Assembly: GCA_039181265.1 (NCBI GenBank)
Contig: JBCDCU010000001.1
Coordinates: forward strand, 4,134 to 68,133
Direction of reading: 5' to 3'
Source of the DNA: Pseudomonadota bacterium
Lineage (GTDB): Bacteria; Pseudomonadota; Alphaproteobacteria; Rhizobiales; JACESI01
Length of the DNA: 64,000 nucleotides
Part shown: positions 1 through 10,319 of the stretch, piece by piece
How positions within the stretch are numbered: the stretch's first letter is position 1
How the letters are laid out: every line of letters starts with the position of its first letter
Program-made: the position numbers and the translations under genes
The notes under the pieces: generated by a model
What the model saw: only the letters and a program-made list of their open reading frames with translations
What the model was told of the DNA's origin: nothing
The model's database searches: none

Positions 1-78
1 ACGCTACTATTATTATATATAAAACAGATAGTTGTTTCGAACCTAGTGCTATGTAATATCAGGCATTGCGATGACTTT

Positions 79-98
79 TGCTTACATTATGCTTACAC
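79..98. repeat. Left copy of the 20-bp direct repeat (internally TGCTTACA-N3-TGCTTACA), candidate att or integrase-binding site
   Basis: Read directly; 19/20 identical to 30060-30079; lies 113 bp upstream of the integrase ATG. Confidence 0.5.
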
Positions 99-210
99 GA
101 AAGGGTGAGGAAAGCATCTTGTCGTTGCTGTCTTGTGTTCCCTGGCGACATGCGGAATTTTTCCCGCAAACAACCGGTGCTTTGAAACTTTAAACCTGGG
201 ATCGGATTCG

Positions 211-1479
211 ATGTCGAAATTAACCAAGCGTTTCATCGATGCGGCAAAACCGTCTGAGAAAAACAGAATTCTTTGGGATGGTGAACTCAAGGGGTTCGGT
301 GTGCAGGTTATGCCAAGTGGCGTGAAGTCGTTTGTGGTTCAATACCGGACACAGACGGGCAGGTCGCGAAGGATGACGATAGGACGCTATGGTCCACTCA
401 CCCCTGATGAAGCGCGGAAGATGGCGACAGACACGTTATCTCGCGTTCATAAAGGGCAAGATCCTGCTGGTGAAAAACAATCGCGAAAAGCGGCTCCAAG
501 AATAAGTCATCTCATGGATCGTTACATCGCGGAACATGTGACGATCCATAACGCCGAAAGTACAAGAAGAGAGGCAATCCGGCTTGTTGAGAAGGTCATA
601 AAGCCTCAACTCGGGCACATGAAGACGATTGAGGTCACGCGTGAGGATTTAACGAAGCTTCACCGAACTCTCGCTAAGACACCGCGGCAGGCAAACCATG
701 TGCTGTCGATCCTGTCTAAGGCATTCTCGCTTGCGGAAATGTGGGGACTTCGTCCAGAACTGTCCAATCCAGTGCGGCTCATAAAGCGCTACAAAGAGGA
801 ACATCGTGAAAGGTTTCTATCGGACGTTGAATTAGCTCGGCTCGGTCGAACTCTGGAAGAAGCTGAAACGAGGGGCTTACCGTGGAAGATAAAGACCGAT
901 GACAATGGCGCGAAGCATCTTCCGGCTGACGAGAGCCAACGTCGGTCTTTCGTGAATCCAATGGCTATTGCAGCAATACGGCTTCTCCTTTTTACCGGAG
1001 CCAGGCTTTCGGAGGTTATCACTTTACGTTGGGAACACGTGGATTTCGAAAATCGGATGCTCGCCCTTCCGTCGCGCAAAGGCGATGGCCGCAAGGCGCA
1101 TCCAACTAGTTCAAGCGCAATGTCGGTCGTTGAAGCTTTGCCCCGCCATATTGGTTCGCCCTACCTGTTTCCAAGAGCCAGTGATCCGGCTCATCCAATC
1201 AGCAGAGAAGTTATGGAGAGCACCTGGCAAAAGATCAGAGAGCATGCGGACCTGAAAGATGTCCGGATACACGATCTCCGTCACACGGTTGGCACCTTCG
1301 CTTCACAGGCGGGCAGTAATGCGTTCATGATCAGTCACCTGTTACGCCACAAAAACGTGACCGTCACCAATCGGTACGTCAATCCTGATGCAGATCCGAT
1401 CAGGGAGCTTTCGGAGACGATTGGGCAACGTTTGGAGAAGGGACTGAGAAATATCAATGTTGCAAAAAGTGAGAGCTAG
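211..1479 (+). CDS. int: Tyrosine recombinase, P4-type phage integrase family
   Basis: The N-terminus [39 protein letters not shown] is typical of the P4/DUF4102 integrase arm-binding domain. The C-terminal catalytic motifs are present ([25 protein letters not shown]). I take the start at ATG 211 rather than the ORF-track 133. Confidence 0.9.
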   Translation: MSKLTKRFIDAAKPSEKNRILWDGELKGFGVQVMPSGVKSFVVQYRTQTGRSRRMTIGRYGPLTPDEARKMATDTLSRVHKGQDPAGEKQSRKAAPRISHLMDRYIAEHVTIHNAESTRREAIRLVEKVIKPQLGHMKTIEVTREDLTKLHRTLAKTPRQANHVLSILSKAFSLAEMWGLRPELSNPVRLIKRYKEEHRERFLSDVELARLGRTLEEAETRGLPWKIKTDDNGAKHLPADESQRRSFVNPMAIAAIRLLLFTGARLSEVITLRWEHVDFENRMLALPSRKGDGRKAHPTSSSAMSVVEALPRHIGSPYLFPRASDPAHPISREVMESTWQKIREHADLKDVRIHDLRHTVGTFASQAGSNAFMISHLLRHKNVTVTNRYVNPDADPIRELSETIGQRLEKGLRNINVAKSES

Positions 1480-1514
1480 GTCTGCCGATCGCACTGTGGC
1501 GTGAGATTTTAACA

Positions 1515-2336
1515 ATGAACAAGCGAAAAGACGCAAACGACGGTAGCAAGTACCAGGGGATTATTGGCCTGACGGCCCGAGAAGCATTTAGTCAATTTGT
1601 TTTGGCGGATCCAAAAGTCGTGTCGAGCATCGAGCGTGCGGTTGGGATTCAAAATGATTTTTCCCTCGAGCTGAAAGATCTGGAAAAATGGTATTTCCAA
1701 GGACGGTGGCCGCTTGTTCAGGATCCGCTAGAAGCGGCAGCGCGTCGAACAGAATCAAAGGCTAGTGCTGGTGTGTTAGGCGCTCGGCTTAACGGGAAAC
1801 CGCATACGCCTGATGACATTCCGGCCAAACCAGAAGAGGTGCGAGCCTGTTATGAAGCAGTGCTCAGAAAATATGAAGAGTTGATCGATCTCTTTCGTGC
1901 GGGGAAACTGACAGTGGAAGGCTATCGTGTCAGTACGGGTGCTGCAGAGATGATTGATCCGTCCTTGTGGGGATCATCAAAACTTCGGTTGGATATCAAG
2001 GAGAACGAACTCGGTGAAGGTCGTGGGCGCCAATGGACGCCCAAATATGAGGTTTTGAAACTTTGTACAGCGATAGATCATCCGTTGGATCCGAATTCTC
2101 CGAGCCAGAGCAAAGGTGGACGCCCACAAACATATCTTTGGGATTCCGCGTTTGAATGCCTTGCAATCAGACTTGGAACAGAGGGGCTTCCTGAAACTGG
2201 AGAAAAACTTGCAGAGATGTACCTCGATGCATTCGAGGATCTGGGTAAAAATGCCGTGCCCGATATTGAGCAAGTAAAGAAGCATCTGCGGACAAAATAC
2301 GTTCGCCTCTGGAGCCGAGCAAAGGCACGAAGTTAA
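1515..2336 (+). CDS. Hypothetical protein of the mobility module
   Basis: 273-aa ORF placed between int and the AlpA-like gene on the same strand. I recognise no family. Confidence 0.5.
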   Translation: MNKRKDANDGSKYQGIIGLTAREAFSQFVLADPKVVSSIERAVGIQNDFSLELKDLEKWYFQGRWPLVQDPLEAAARRTESKASAGVLGARLNGKPHTPDDIPAKPEEVRACYEAVLRKYEELIDLFRAGKLTVEGYRVSTGAAEMIDPSLWGSSKLRLDIKENELGEGRGRQWTPKYEVLKLCTAIDHPLDPNSPSQSKGGRPQTYLWDSAFECLAIRLGTEGLPETGEKLAEMYLDAFEDLGKNAVPDIEQVKKHLRTKYVRLWSRAKARS

Positions 2337-2426
2337 AGGCAAAACCTGTTTTGCCCCCTTTTGACTGACGGAATAGCGCTCGTACTCGTAACTTCCTCCC
2401 ATCGTAGCAATCGAGAGGAAGTCATC

Positions 2427-2645
2427 ATGAATGATGTAAATCAGCGCGCCATCAACGCACTCTTAACCGAAGCTGCAGCAGCGGATTTTCTCAATGTGTC
2501 GATCCGTACCCTGCAGGCGTGGAGGGTGCGTGGCGGCGGACCGCCATATGCAAAACTGGGAAAATCGGTCCGGTATCGTCCTGGCGATCTCGAAACGTTC
2601 ATCGCCAAGAAACTGACCATGTCTACAAGCGCTAATCAGGCATAG
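2427..2645 (+). CDS. AlpA/excisionase-like helix-turn-helix DNA-binding protein
   Basis: AADFLNVSIRTLQAWRVRGGGPPYAKLGKSVRYRPGDLETFI is the typical MerR/AlpA-type HTH_17 pattern. ATG 2427 is preceded by GAGAGGAAG. Confidence 0.8.
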   Translation: MNDVNQRAINALLTEAAAADFLNVSIRTLQAWRVRGGGPPYAKLGKSVRYRPGDLETFIAKKLTMSTSANQA

Positions 2646-2716
2646 CTATGGGCAGTTCATACAAGCTATGGCCGGCTTTTGCTGCGGAGGAACACATATG
2701 ACGCGGCAATAATTTA

Positions 2717-3370
2717 TTGTTCGGGAAAACGGAGATCTCAAAATTCTTTCGACCGAAGCAGTTCTTGAGAAGAGCGCGCATATCATCGCCGGACCTTATC
2801 TGGGTCGCGGGCGCGCAATCATTGAGCGCCAGCGTCTGGCGAAACAGGAGGCGACAAATGGGGAGTAATCGACGCCCAAAAAAGAACAAAGAGCCGATCG
2901 AACAGTTTGCAATGCTGACACGCAGTGTTCTGTTCTCGGATGCCTGGATTGCTTTGTCATCCACCGCTAAGGCGCTCTATCCTTACTTACGGCTCCAATA
3001 TCGACATAAGAACAACAACAATGGCGAAATTCGTCTTTCTGTCCGCGATGCTGCGGCGCTGCTTGGCGTAGGTCGGGATACCGTCTCGCGCGCCTTCCTT
3101 GATTTGCAAGCAAAAGGGTTCATAGTCGTGACAGAGATCGCAGTTCTCGGCATTGATGGCCACGGTAGGTGCAGCGCCTTTGAGCTGACAGAGGTGCCGT
3201 TGAAAGGCGTCAAAGGACCAGGACGCATGCTTTTTAAGAATTGCGAAAAGGGCGAGGATTTTCCCGTCTCCAAGGCGGCGGCCCACAATCCGTCTGGTCG
3301 CAATAGCAAAAAACAAAATCCCGTCACCAAAAGGAAGACGCAGCGTCACCAATCTGCTGACGTTGTGTAA
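2717..3370 (+). CDS. Putative winged-helix DNA-binding protein (replication/regulatory protein of the island)
   Basis: The segment LSVRDAAALLGVGRDTVSRAFLDLQAKGFIVV is HTH-like. The start codon is uncertain, and an internal M at MGSNRR/MLTRS is possible. Confidence 0.45.
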   Translation: MFGKTEISKFFRPKQFLRRARISSPDLIWVAGAQSLSASVWRNRRRQMGSNRRPKKNKEPIEQFAMLTRSVLFSDAWIALSSTAKALYPYLRLQYRHKNNNNGEIRLSVRDAAALLGVGRDTVSRAFLDLQAKGFIVVTEIAVLGIDGHGRCSAFELTEVPLKGVKGPGRMLFKNCEKGEDFPVSKAAAHNPSGRNSKKQNPVTKRKTQRHQSADVV

Positions 3371-3410
3371 AAAGACGTCAGCAGAAGCATGACAAGGCGT
3401 CTGCAAAATA

Positions 3411-3433
3411 GGGACGAAAACGTCTCTTTTTTT
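3411..3433 (+). terminator. Rho-independent terminator closing the mobility module
   Basis: GGGACG-AAAA-CGTCTC hairpin (one G.U pair) followed by T7, 41 nt after the stop at 3370. Confidence 0.55.
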
Positions 3434-3980
3434 GTGCTGGGCGTCCTCAAAATGGTGACATCTTTATTATACCAGGCAGGCGCAGGCGCGTGCAGGGAGG
3501 CGTGCCCCCCCACAAGGCCAAAGCCGACTGTACGCGAAACCAAGGCGGCCACCATACCCCCCCAGTAGGGACCGTATTTTTGGATTCATTTGCCCACGGG
3601 CACACCGCTCCCAACGATACACCAGTAGGTCACTTTGCAAGCGATACACGGATGCACGCATGCACACGTGCACGGGTCCTTCCGGAGATCGGCCGTATAC
3701 GGGCCTTTCGCGCGGCTTTCCCTCTCCAGTCTGAGTGCTTATGAAGAGCCTAAACTTTCAAATTCGCTAAACTCCCGCTCAATCATTGTGTTGCAAAGGA
3801 GGTTAGCCGCCGTATCTAGCGTGGTTTTGGCCCTGCGGATTGGAAAACCTATACCTAGGTCAGAGTTAAGGACAAAAAAACAGAACGTGCGCGCTGATTT
3901 CACCTTTCCTTATCGCGCGCGGACGAGGTCCTGAACCTTGTATCGACCTAGGTGAAAGCGTTGTCTGTCTGAGGAGACGT

Positions 3981-4247
3981 TTAGACTCTTCTCATCAGGT
4001 TCACGATCGACCAGCCGACCACTGACGTGGCGCCAATCCAAATGACGAGGGCGGCATAATCGCTAAACATCAGAACCAAACCAATTGGCGGAACGATAAG
4101 GCATAGCCGTGACAAAAAAACAAAGAGTGATGATGAGCCTTCGGTTTTGGATTTCAGTGCACGGTGACGCTTGGGATCTGCAAAACAAAGGTAAGCCAAC
4201 CCAAGTGAACTGATCAGGACAGCGGCAAAAGAGAGCAATGCCGTCAT
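3981..4247 (-). CDS. Small integral membrane protein (3 predicted TM segments), partner of the PepSY-TM protein; DUF3325-like from memory
   Basis: 88 aa and hydrophobic. Its start overlaps the stop of the upstream PepSY gene by 4 nt. It has a paralogue at 23149-23412 (MTALLSFAAVLISSLGLAYLCFADPKRHR vs MTPVVTTVAILISVLGLSYLCYANPRRIK). Confidence 0.7.
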   Translation of the reverse strand: MTALLSFAAVLISSLGLAYLCFADPKRHRALKSKTEGSSSLFVFLSRLCLIVPPIGLVLMFSDYAALVIWIGATSVVGWSIVNLMRRV

Positions 4248-5812
4248 TCCGCAGGCTCCCCAGCAGCGATGAGCGCCCGTTTTTTCAAAAGCAGTCTACC
4301 AAGAACTACAAGACCGATTGCCACCAGGATGAAATCAATCCCGACCACAGTGAATTGTGCGTTCTCCAGCGATTCCACCCAACTCGATCCACTTGTGGCT
4401 TGTCTGATGATCGGTAAGGCAAGGCAGAGTAAACCTGCCAATGCTTGAAAAGCTGCAGTCGCGTAGGGAACGAGTAATCCAAAGGGGACGAGCAGGCACG
4501 CGGAGATTACAAACCCTGCTGGTGTCCACCAGGATGCTGTACCGTTTGAAACGGTCAGGAAATAAAAAACCGCTGTTGATAGGACGGCGAGCGGAAGTCC
4601 CCAGACCATTGTATCGATCGCTCGTCCATAGATGCGCCATGAAAGATTTTGTTCCCGCCGACGGACCCAGAGCTGCAATCCGCTAGCAACACCGAATGCC
4701 ATACCGAGGCCCAGCGCCAACCAAGAAACTCTGGACGCTAATCCTGCAAAATCACCGAAGTGTAACGGACCCATAAGGCTGAAGGCGGCAGACCCGGCTG
4801 ACGGAGCCGTCCCTAACGACGGTCTTTCGCCGACGAAAGTGCCATCCGTTCCGTTAAAGGCCAATTGCTTTCCTGTCAGGTTGCCATCTTGTGGCGGGTG
4901 AATGGTTGTTACCTCCATCTCCGTTGTCGCCCAGTGTTCAACAACGAACATCGTTGGTGTCGTCCCGGCCTGTCTTTTCGCTTCCGCCAGTATTGTATCG
5001 ATGTTTGCCCCTTTATGCGGGGACGCCTCTGCTGGTTCTTCATGTCCAACGAGTGTCTCTATCATGGCCATCTGATCGCCCTTAAAGGCAACCGTCGCAA
5101 CGACGGGTAATCCAACGGGAATGGCAAAACTGAAGAATGCACCGGTAAATCCAAGCACGATACTGAAGGGTAACATCCATGTTCCGATCAGTGCGTGGCG
5201 ATCACGCATATCGGCAAGCCTTATGAGTTTCGTAGGCGCATAGAAAATGTCCCGAAACATATGGCGGTGCATGAGGAAACCGGAGACCGCTGCAACAAGC
5301 ATGACAAGGCCGAGAACACCTGTCAGAAGCAATCCCCAGGGCTCGGGGATGTAAAGCCTCACATGGAGATCAACCAAAAAGCGTTCCAGAGCGTTGTTGG
5401 GATCTTGCGTGCGAAGGTCCGATCCAAATCCCTCTTTGACGTTCAAAACCTCGCCGGTCACCGGATTGAGATCAATGTCGACACCATAATCGTCCAGGCG
5501 CCCCACGTCCGGATTGTGCTTGTGAGTGTGGAAGAAGACCGTCAACATGCCGTCAGTTGCTTTCCATGCAGTCACTTCTTCATGGAATTCTTCGCTGACC
5601 GTCGCCGCGACTTTGCGAATATGGCCGTCGATAGGCTCGCTGAGCGTGGGGCTGAATTTTTCACCCCCTTGCGACCAAACGCCGATCTCATGGGCAAAGA
5701 CCGCGACCGCTCCTGTGAAGATCACAACATAAAGAAGAAGCCCGAGCAGAGTCCCAGACCAACCATGGATCGCAATGAGACGTTTCATACGAGATTTTGA
5801 AATCGAGACCAT
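4244..5812 (-). CDS. PepSY-associated TM-helix protein (PiuB/FoxB-like putative ferric-siderophore reductase)
   Basis: MVSISKSRMKRLIAIHGWSGTLLGLLLYVVIFTG is the family-typical N-terminus, and the protein is polytopic. It is collinear with the paralogue at 23409-24977. The start is moved to ATG 5812 by paralogue alignment. Confidence 0.85.
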   Translation of the reverse strand: MVSISKSRMKRLIAIHGWSGTLLGLLLYVVIFTGAVAVFAHEIGVWSQGGEKFSPTLSEPIDGHIRKVAATVSEEFHEEVTAWKATDGMLTVFFHTHKHNPDVGRLDDYGVDIDLNPVTGEVLNVKEGFGSDLRTQDPNNALERFLVDLHVRLYIPEPWGLLLTGVLGLVMLVAAVSGFLMHRHMFRDIFYAPTKLIRLADMRDRHALIGTWMLPFSIVLGFTGAFFSFAIPVGLPVVATVAFKGDQMAMIETLVGHEEPAEASPHKGANIDTILAEAKRQAGTTPTMFVVEHWATTEMEVTTIHPPQDGNLTGKQLAFNGTDGTFVGERPSLGTAPSAGSAAFSLMGPLHFGDFAGLASRVSWLALGLGMAFGVASGLQLWVRRREQNLSWRIYGRAIDTMVWGLPLAVLSTAVFYFLTVSNGTASWWTPAGFVISACLLVPFGLLVPYATAAFQALAGLLCLALPIIRQATSGSSWVESLENAQFTVVGIDFILVAIGLVVLGRLLLKKRALIAAGEPAE

Positions 5813-5831
5813 AATGTCGATCCTGAATATT

Positions 5832-6155
5832 TTATATGAGGGCCGAGCCGACGACTGCGGCTTCGACAAGTAAGATGAGGATGAAAACCAGCCCCGCTCT
5901 GAGCAGGTTCTCAGTGAGAATGGCGTAGAAGAAAAAGGCTGCCCATAGGGCGGGAAAAAGCAAAAGCGGAAAAACAATATGATCGATGCCGGCACTTCCC
6001 TGAGGCAGGGTGAGCGGCATGGCAGCCATAGTCAATAACGCAAGAACAATAGTTGCGGGACCTGCGAGCAACCACCTCGCAGCTAGACCTCGGTTCCACT
6101 GCCAATTCATGCGAGAGCCCGAAGAAATTGCTTCATCGATGGATTTACGTGCCAT
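5832..6155 (-). CDS. Small integral membrane protein upstream of PepSY-TM (DUF3649-like from memory)
   Basis: Hydrophobic 107-aa ORF, paralogous to 24999-25286 (RWLLAGP..MAAMPL.LPQG.AGIDH.VFPL). The start is uncertain; ATG 6110 is possible. Confidence 0.65.
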   Translation of the reverse strand: MARKSIDEAISSGSRMNWQWNRGLAARWLLAGPATIVLALLTMAAMPLTLPQGSAGIDHIVFPLLLFPALWAAFFFYAILTENLLRAGLVFILILLVEAAVVGSALI

Positions 6156-6393
6156 AACTCAACCTCGGTTGGATAAGATCTGTTTAGTCTTTTCAACAAT
6201 TGGGTGCGTATGTCATTGGCGGCACTCTTACCGTACTGCTCGCTAAAGAGCCTACACATGCCAGCGCCCTCCGACAATGATTGCGGTGCAATGAAGAATG
6301 TCGCAGGCCCCTCAGCAATTCTTTCTGTCGCTGGAACCATGGGCGAAACGGTAGGGCGCCGATAACAGAGGCTTGGTGCGGAGCAGGTCCTGA

Positions 6394-8745
6394 TCAAAAC
6401 GAGATCGTTCCGGCAACGCCAAAGGTGCGCGGTCGTCCCACAGTCACTGTGTTGTCGCCGAAATTCTCAGTGACAAACCGATTGTCCGCTACGTTATTGA
6501 TAAACCCGTCAATTCGACCAACGACCCTGTCACTGATACTGTATTCGTAGCCAGCGGCGAGGTCGACCACCACGTAGCTGTCAAGGTCTGGCACGTCTAT
6601 ATCGAGGAAGGTTGAGCCCACAAATCGCGCGTTGACTGAGGCAGAAAAACCGGAATCGGACGTATAAGAAAGGCTGCCATTTGCCGTTACTCCCGGTGCA
6701 CGAGGAAGATCAGCACCTTGCAACTCTGTGACAATTGGGCCGGCGTCGGTAATCTCCGTGTCAAGCAAGCCGAGCCCCGCACTTAGTGTCAGGCCATCCA
6801 GTAATTCAAAACTCCCGTCGAATTCCAATCCAATACCGCGGGCTTCTGGTACATTTCCGATGAGGAAGGCGCCGGGAGGATTGTCCGGTGCAGCGCCACC
6901 AACCTGAGCGTCCAAGAACCTATAATAAAAGGCACTTGCGTTCAGAGCCAGCCGGCCATCCAATTGCTGAGTTTTCACGAAAATCTCATGCTGCCTCAAG
7001 CGCTCTGAGCCAAACTCTGAAATTGCCCCACTCGGAGTGAAGATATCAAAATCAGTGCCGCCTGGACGAAACCCTTGAGAATAAGTGTATCCAATGCCGA
7101 GATTGTCATCAAAATCATATCTCAGACCGACCTTTGGAATAAAAGCGGTTTCGCTGACTGAAGTATCACTCACATTGGGCGTGGGTAAGCCAAAGGGCGT
7201 AAACGAGACGAAACGATCTCGATCGTCAATTTCGACGCGCGCGCCCGCTATGAGGGCGAGCTTGTCGGTAATGTCAAACTCCGCCTCACCAAATATACCA
7301 ATGTTGTTGATTTCAGCATCAAGAGTGAGTGGCAAGAAAGGAGTGGTATTTTCGCCTTCATCCGCCTGATTTTCAAAAGCCACACCAAACAGACCCTTTG
7401 ATAGGCGGCCAAAATCCTGAAATCTAACAAAGCCTTCCGCAACAATCGTTTCAGTGCTTTGCTCAAAATCAAAGAAGAAGTTCAGTCCAGGAGGAAAGAC
7501 AAAGGTGTTGTCGAGAAAGGCCGCTTTTGCTTCAAACACAACCCTGTCGGACAATTCATATTTGATGGATCCCGAATAAGTGCGTTGATCAATCTCCTCT
7601 AATGTCGAGTCAGGGTTGAAGGTCGACAATTCCAGCGCATCGCCTGGGGCATCAACTTCACCAGGTATGGACCGCGCAAAACTCGTCGTATCATCGACAC
7701 TGAACTTTACTTCCAAGCCAGGAATAGCCTTCGGTGTAAAGAGAACCTTGCCGCGGAACCGGCGAAATTCCTCATCCTCTGTGAAATCGGCACTTTCCGC
7801 CGACAGTCCGAAAGGGGGAGGCGCAGCAATTGGTAAAACTTCGACAAATGACTCGCCGTCTGACGCCTCTGCCGTAAAGCGTACTGCAAGTTGTTCATCG
7901 AGGATCGGTACATTGAAAAGGAGAGCCCCTCCAACGGTTCCGTCCTGATTGAAGAAGTTCAAGCGCGCTTTGCCTTCCAATTGGTTGGTCGGGTCTTTTG
8001 TCTGAACGCGCACGGCACCTGCAAAAGCGTTTCTGCCTGTGGTGGTAGCTTGCGGCCCCCGTGCAACCTCAATCGCTTCAACATCCCACACGCTGTTCAA
8101 TGAGGGGCCAGCTGTGATTGTCAGTGGTCGAGGAACCCCATCGACGATAATCGGCACTCGCGGCTGGGCACCGGTCGTAAACGAAGTTGCACCTCCAACA
8201 GGTGAACCATCAATACCTCTGATTGATGGCAAGCTACTACCTTCTTCGTTGAGGACATTCGGTATTCCTTGGATTGCTTCCCGCTGATCGAAATTTTGTG
8301 GCCGGTCAACATCATCGCTCAAAACAACAATGCTGGGCGTGATCTCCTGGAGGCTCCGCCCGATCTTTTCGCCTTCGACAATCACGACTTCATCCAGCAG
8401 AAAGTCGTTGTCCTGAGACGACCCGACGCCCTCCCGACTGTTTTCGGTTAAAGCGAAACTGCGGTCCGGGAGTTCCAGAAAAGAAAGGCCGGAGCCGGCC
8501 ACCATGGACTCTAAAGCTTCATCGACGGTCAGTTTACCCCTAACTGACTTGCTCTTCTTGCCGTGAACGAGGCGCGCATCTGCAAGGATTGCGTGTCCCG
8601 TCTCCCGACTTAATTCATCAATTGCCGCCGCAAGCGGCTGGGCTGGTACATCGATTGTTTGAGTTTCTTGTGCCTCAACCTCTACAAACCCCATTACCCC
8701 GAATGCGATGGACATTGCTGTCGCCATCAGCTTGTTTTTGAACAC
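6394..8745 (-). CDS. TonB-dependent outer-membrane transducer (FecA/FpvA-type, with N-terminal STN signalling domain), cassette 1
   Basis: Signal peptide; STN-like block IDVPAQPLAAAIDELSRETGHAI..LSFLELPDRSF; TonB-box/plug LLDEVVIVEGEKIGRSL; C-terminal GRPRTFGVAGTISF. GTG start aligned with the paralogues. Confidence 0.92.
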   Translation of the reverse strand: MFKNKLMATAMSIAFGVMGFVEVEAQETQTIDVPAQPLAAAIDELSRETGHAILADARLVHGKKSKSVRGKLTVDEALESMVAGSGLSFLELPDRSFALTENSREGVGSSQDNDFLLDEVVIVEGEKIGRSLQEITPSIVVLSDDVDRPQNFDQREAIQGIPNVLNEEGSSLPSIRGIDGSPVGGATSFTTGAQPRVPIIVDGVPRPLTITAGPSLNSVWDVEAIEVARGPQATTTGRNAFAGAVRVQTKDPTNQLEGKARLNFFNQDGTVGGALLFNVPILDEQLAVRFTAEASDGESFVEVLPIAAPPPFGLSAESADFTEDEEFRRFRGKVLFTPKAIPGLEVKFSVDDTTSFARSIPGEVDAPGDALELSTFNPDSTLEEIDQRTYSGSIKYELSDRVVFEAKAAFLDNTFVFPPGLNFFFDFEQSTETIVAEGFVRFQDFGRLSKGLFGVAFENQADEGENTTPFLPLTLDAEINNIGIFGEAEFDITDKLALIAGARVEIDDRDRFVSFTPFGLPTPNVSDTSVSETAFIPKVGLRYDFDDNLGIGYTYSQGFRPGGTDFDIFTPSGAISEFGSERLRQHEIFVKTQQLDGRLALNASAFYYRFLDAQVGGAAPDNPPGAFLIGNVPEARGIGLEFDGSFELLDGLTLSAGLGLLDTEITDAGPIVTELQGADLPRAPGVTANGSLSYTSDSGFSASVNARFVGSTFLDIDVPDLDSYVVVDLAAGYEYSISDRVVGRIDGFINNVADNRFVTENFGDNTVTVGRPRTFGVAGTISF

Positions 8746-8804
8746 GCCTTTTCCCCATTACTGTCTACGAGAGAATGCGTCTCTCATTGACCTAACAATC
8801 GGGA

Positions 8805-8840
8805 TTACGTTTTTTTCTAAAAAAAGCTGACTTTTTTTAT
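8805..8840 (-). promoter_or_regulatory. Candidate ECF-sigma-dependent promoter of the cassette-1 receptor
   Basis: The minus strand reads GATAAAAAAAGTCA-N18-CGT. The same architecture is conserved in cassettes 2 and 3, in the FecR-stop to receptor-start spacer. Confidence 0.4.
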
Positions 8841-8850
8841 CAAGTTCAGC

Positions 8851-9768
8851 TCACTGCTCAGAAACGATCGTTACAAGAGGCGAAGCAGATCGAACTTTAC
8901 CGCCAGTGGCCGCGGCAACGGCTCTGAGTGCGTCAATGGGGCTTGAGAGGTTGAAGCGGCCAGCCGCGTCTTTATTCGCAAGGTCCGCGCTTACCACGAT
9001 CACCGGGCCTGGAAGTCTGCGGTCGATCATCGCAATCACCTCCCCAAATGTCATTCCTTCCGCAAGGATCAGGTCCTCGCGCCATGCGCCGACTGCGTTA
9101 TTATCACCCTGTTCAAGACTTGGTGCTCCATCATCGGACCACCTGAATTGATCACCCGCATCCAGGCGCCAGATTCGATCGCCTATGCGAACCATTACCT
9201 CTCCCACTGAAACACCGACGAGCAGTTGATCGCCAAGCTTCGCCACCTCGAACTCCGTCCCGAGGACCTCGACTGAAACGTCATTAGCGGCAACGACAAA
9301 CGGGCGATTGTCTTCCTGAACGTTAAAGTAGACTGCACCTTGCAAGAGCGTCACATGGCGGGTATCGGCGGCGGAATTGTCAATCACAGCGGAAGATGCA
9401 TCAAGAATGGCGATGTCGCCCGACGCAAGCATGATCGACCTTGTTTCGAACCGGGTCCTTTCATCGGCAAGGAAATACAGTGAAACGGGCTGGTAGAGCA
9501 CATAGAGCAGAGCGCTCACGATGATGAACACCAAGATGGACACCGAAGGCGGCCCTTTGGGCTTGGGCTTCAGCGCGAGTTTTGCTGCCTGAACTGCCTT
9601 TGCAACCTGATTGTATGCTTCACGTTCGGCTTCTCCGCGTGCGAGAAAGGCATCCCTGTTGCGTTGAGCCTGAAAATCGTCGGGATTTTCGTCGAGCCGC
9701 TCAAAAATATACGCAGCCTCTTCAATGCGACGCGAATGGTCAGGATCTGACCCGTCCTTATCTGACAT
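8851..9768 (-). CDS. FecR-family transmembrane anti-sigma factor / signal transducer, cassette 1
   Basis: Short cytoplasmic N-domain, a single TM segment (VSILVFIIVSALLYVLY), and a periplasmic FecR-type domain. Positioned between the sigma and receptor genes. Confidence 0.88.
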   Translation of the reverse strand: MSDKDGSDPDHSRRIEEAAYIFERLDENPDDFQAQRNRDAFLARGEAEREAYNQVAKAVQAAKLALKPKPKGPPSVSILVFIIVSALLYVLYQPVSLYFLADERTRFETRSIMLASGDIAILDASSAVIDNSAADTRHVTLLQGAVYFNVQEDNRPFVVAANDVSVEVLGTEFEVAKLGDQLLVGVSVGEVMVRIGDRIWRLDAGDQFRWSDDGAPSLEQGDNNAVGAWREDLILAEGMTFGEVIAMIDRRLPGPVIVVSADLANKDAAGRFNLSSPIDALRAVAAATGGKVRSASPLVTIVSEQ

Positions 9769-9839
9769 CAGGCGTCTTCTCGGTTTTCAGTGCCATCTAC
9801 ACCTATAACAATCAGCGGCACGGAATTTTCCGAAAAAAC

Positions 9840-10319
9840 TTAACCGTTGAGGATTTTGGTGAGCTTGATCAGTGTGTCCATCACAAGACCGTGCGCCTGC
9901 GAGAGTGACATATCGAGCCGCTTGCTGATCTCCGCAAAGGTCAAACCATCAATAAACCGCATATGAAACGCCCGAACAGTGCGGTCAGGTAAGGTTTCCA
10001 GAAAGCCGACCACTCTTTTGAGCTCCTCGCGCGCAATAACAATTCGCTCAGAATCGAAATCGACATCTTCGAGAAGCTTCAGGTCCGATAAGATCCCGTC
10101 TTCCGTCTGCCGCGCTTTGAGCCAGTTCTTAGCAAGATTTGAGACGATTCTGCTGAAAATCGGTAAAGCCTTGTCGGACGGATAACTCTTATTTGCCCAA
10201 CGCAGCCAACTATCCTGAACGAGCTCTTCTGCAATTGCACGGCTTTTCACCATGCGTAAAGCAATTGCAATCAGACGTTCGCGTTCTGCTATAAAGGTTG
10301 TGAGGGCTGGATCCGCCAT
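9840..10319 (-). CDS. ECF (sigma-70 family, FecI-like) RNA polymerase sigma factor, cassette 1
   Basis: 159 aa. Region 2-like AEELVQDSWLRW and region 4 HTH LTFAEISKRLDMSLSQAH. Heads the sigma-FecR-receptor array. Confidence 0.9.
   Translation of the reverse strand: MADPALTTFIAERERLIAIALRMVKSRAIAEELVQDSWLRWANKSYPSDKALPIFSRIVSNLAKNWLKARQTEDGILSDLKLLEDVDFDSERIVIAREELKRVVGFLETLPDRTVRAFHMRFIDGLTFAEISKRLDMSLSQAHGLVMDTLIKLTKILNG

Noticed and set aside
37-45. TTCGAACCT at the window start, matching the T-arm region of tRNA-Arg (30145-30153), as a possible attL tRNA remnant
   Set aside because: Only 9 nt are identical. The flanks do not align with the tRNA 3' half, so the match is at chance level. 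The 20-bp repeat at 79-98 is the better candidate.
5813-5995. N-terminal extensions offered by the ORF track (PepSY 5995, int 133, hypE 31398, hypA 35478, nadM 61368, nitroreductase 54180, aas 49696, DUF1127 62330, 23547)
   Set aside because: Paralogue or family alignment, ribosome-binding sites and overlap with upstream genes all favour internal starts. The extensions have non-protein-like composition.
6107-6397. 96-aa minus-strand ORF filling the receptor-1 / small-membrane-gene spacer
   Set aside because: It overlaps both neighbours, has no equivalent in the paralogous cassette-3 spacer, and has no ribosome-binding site.
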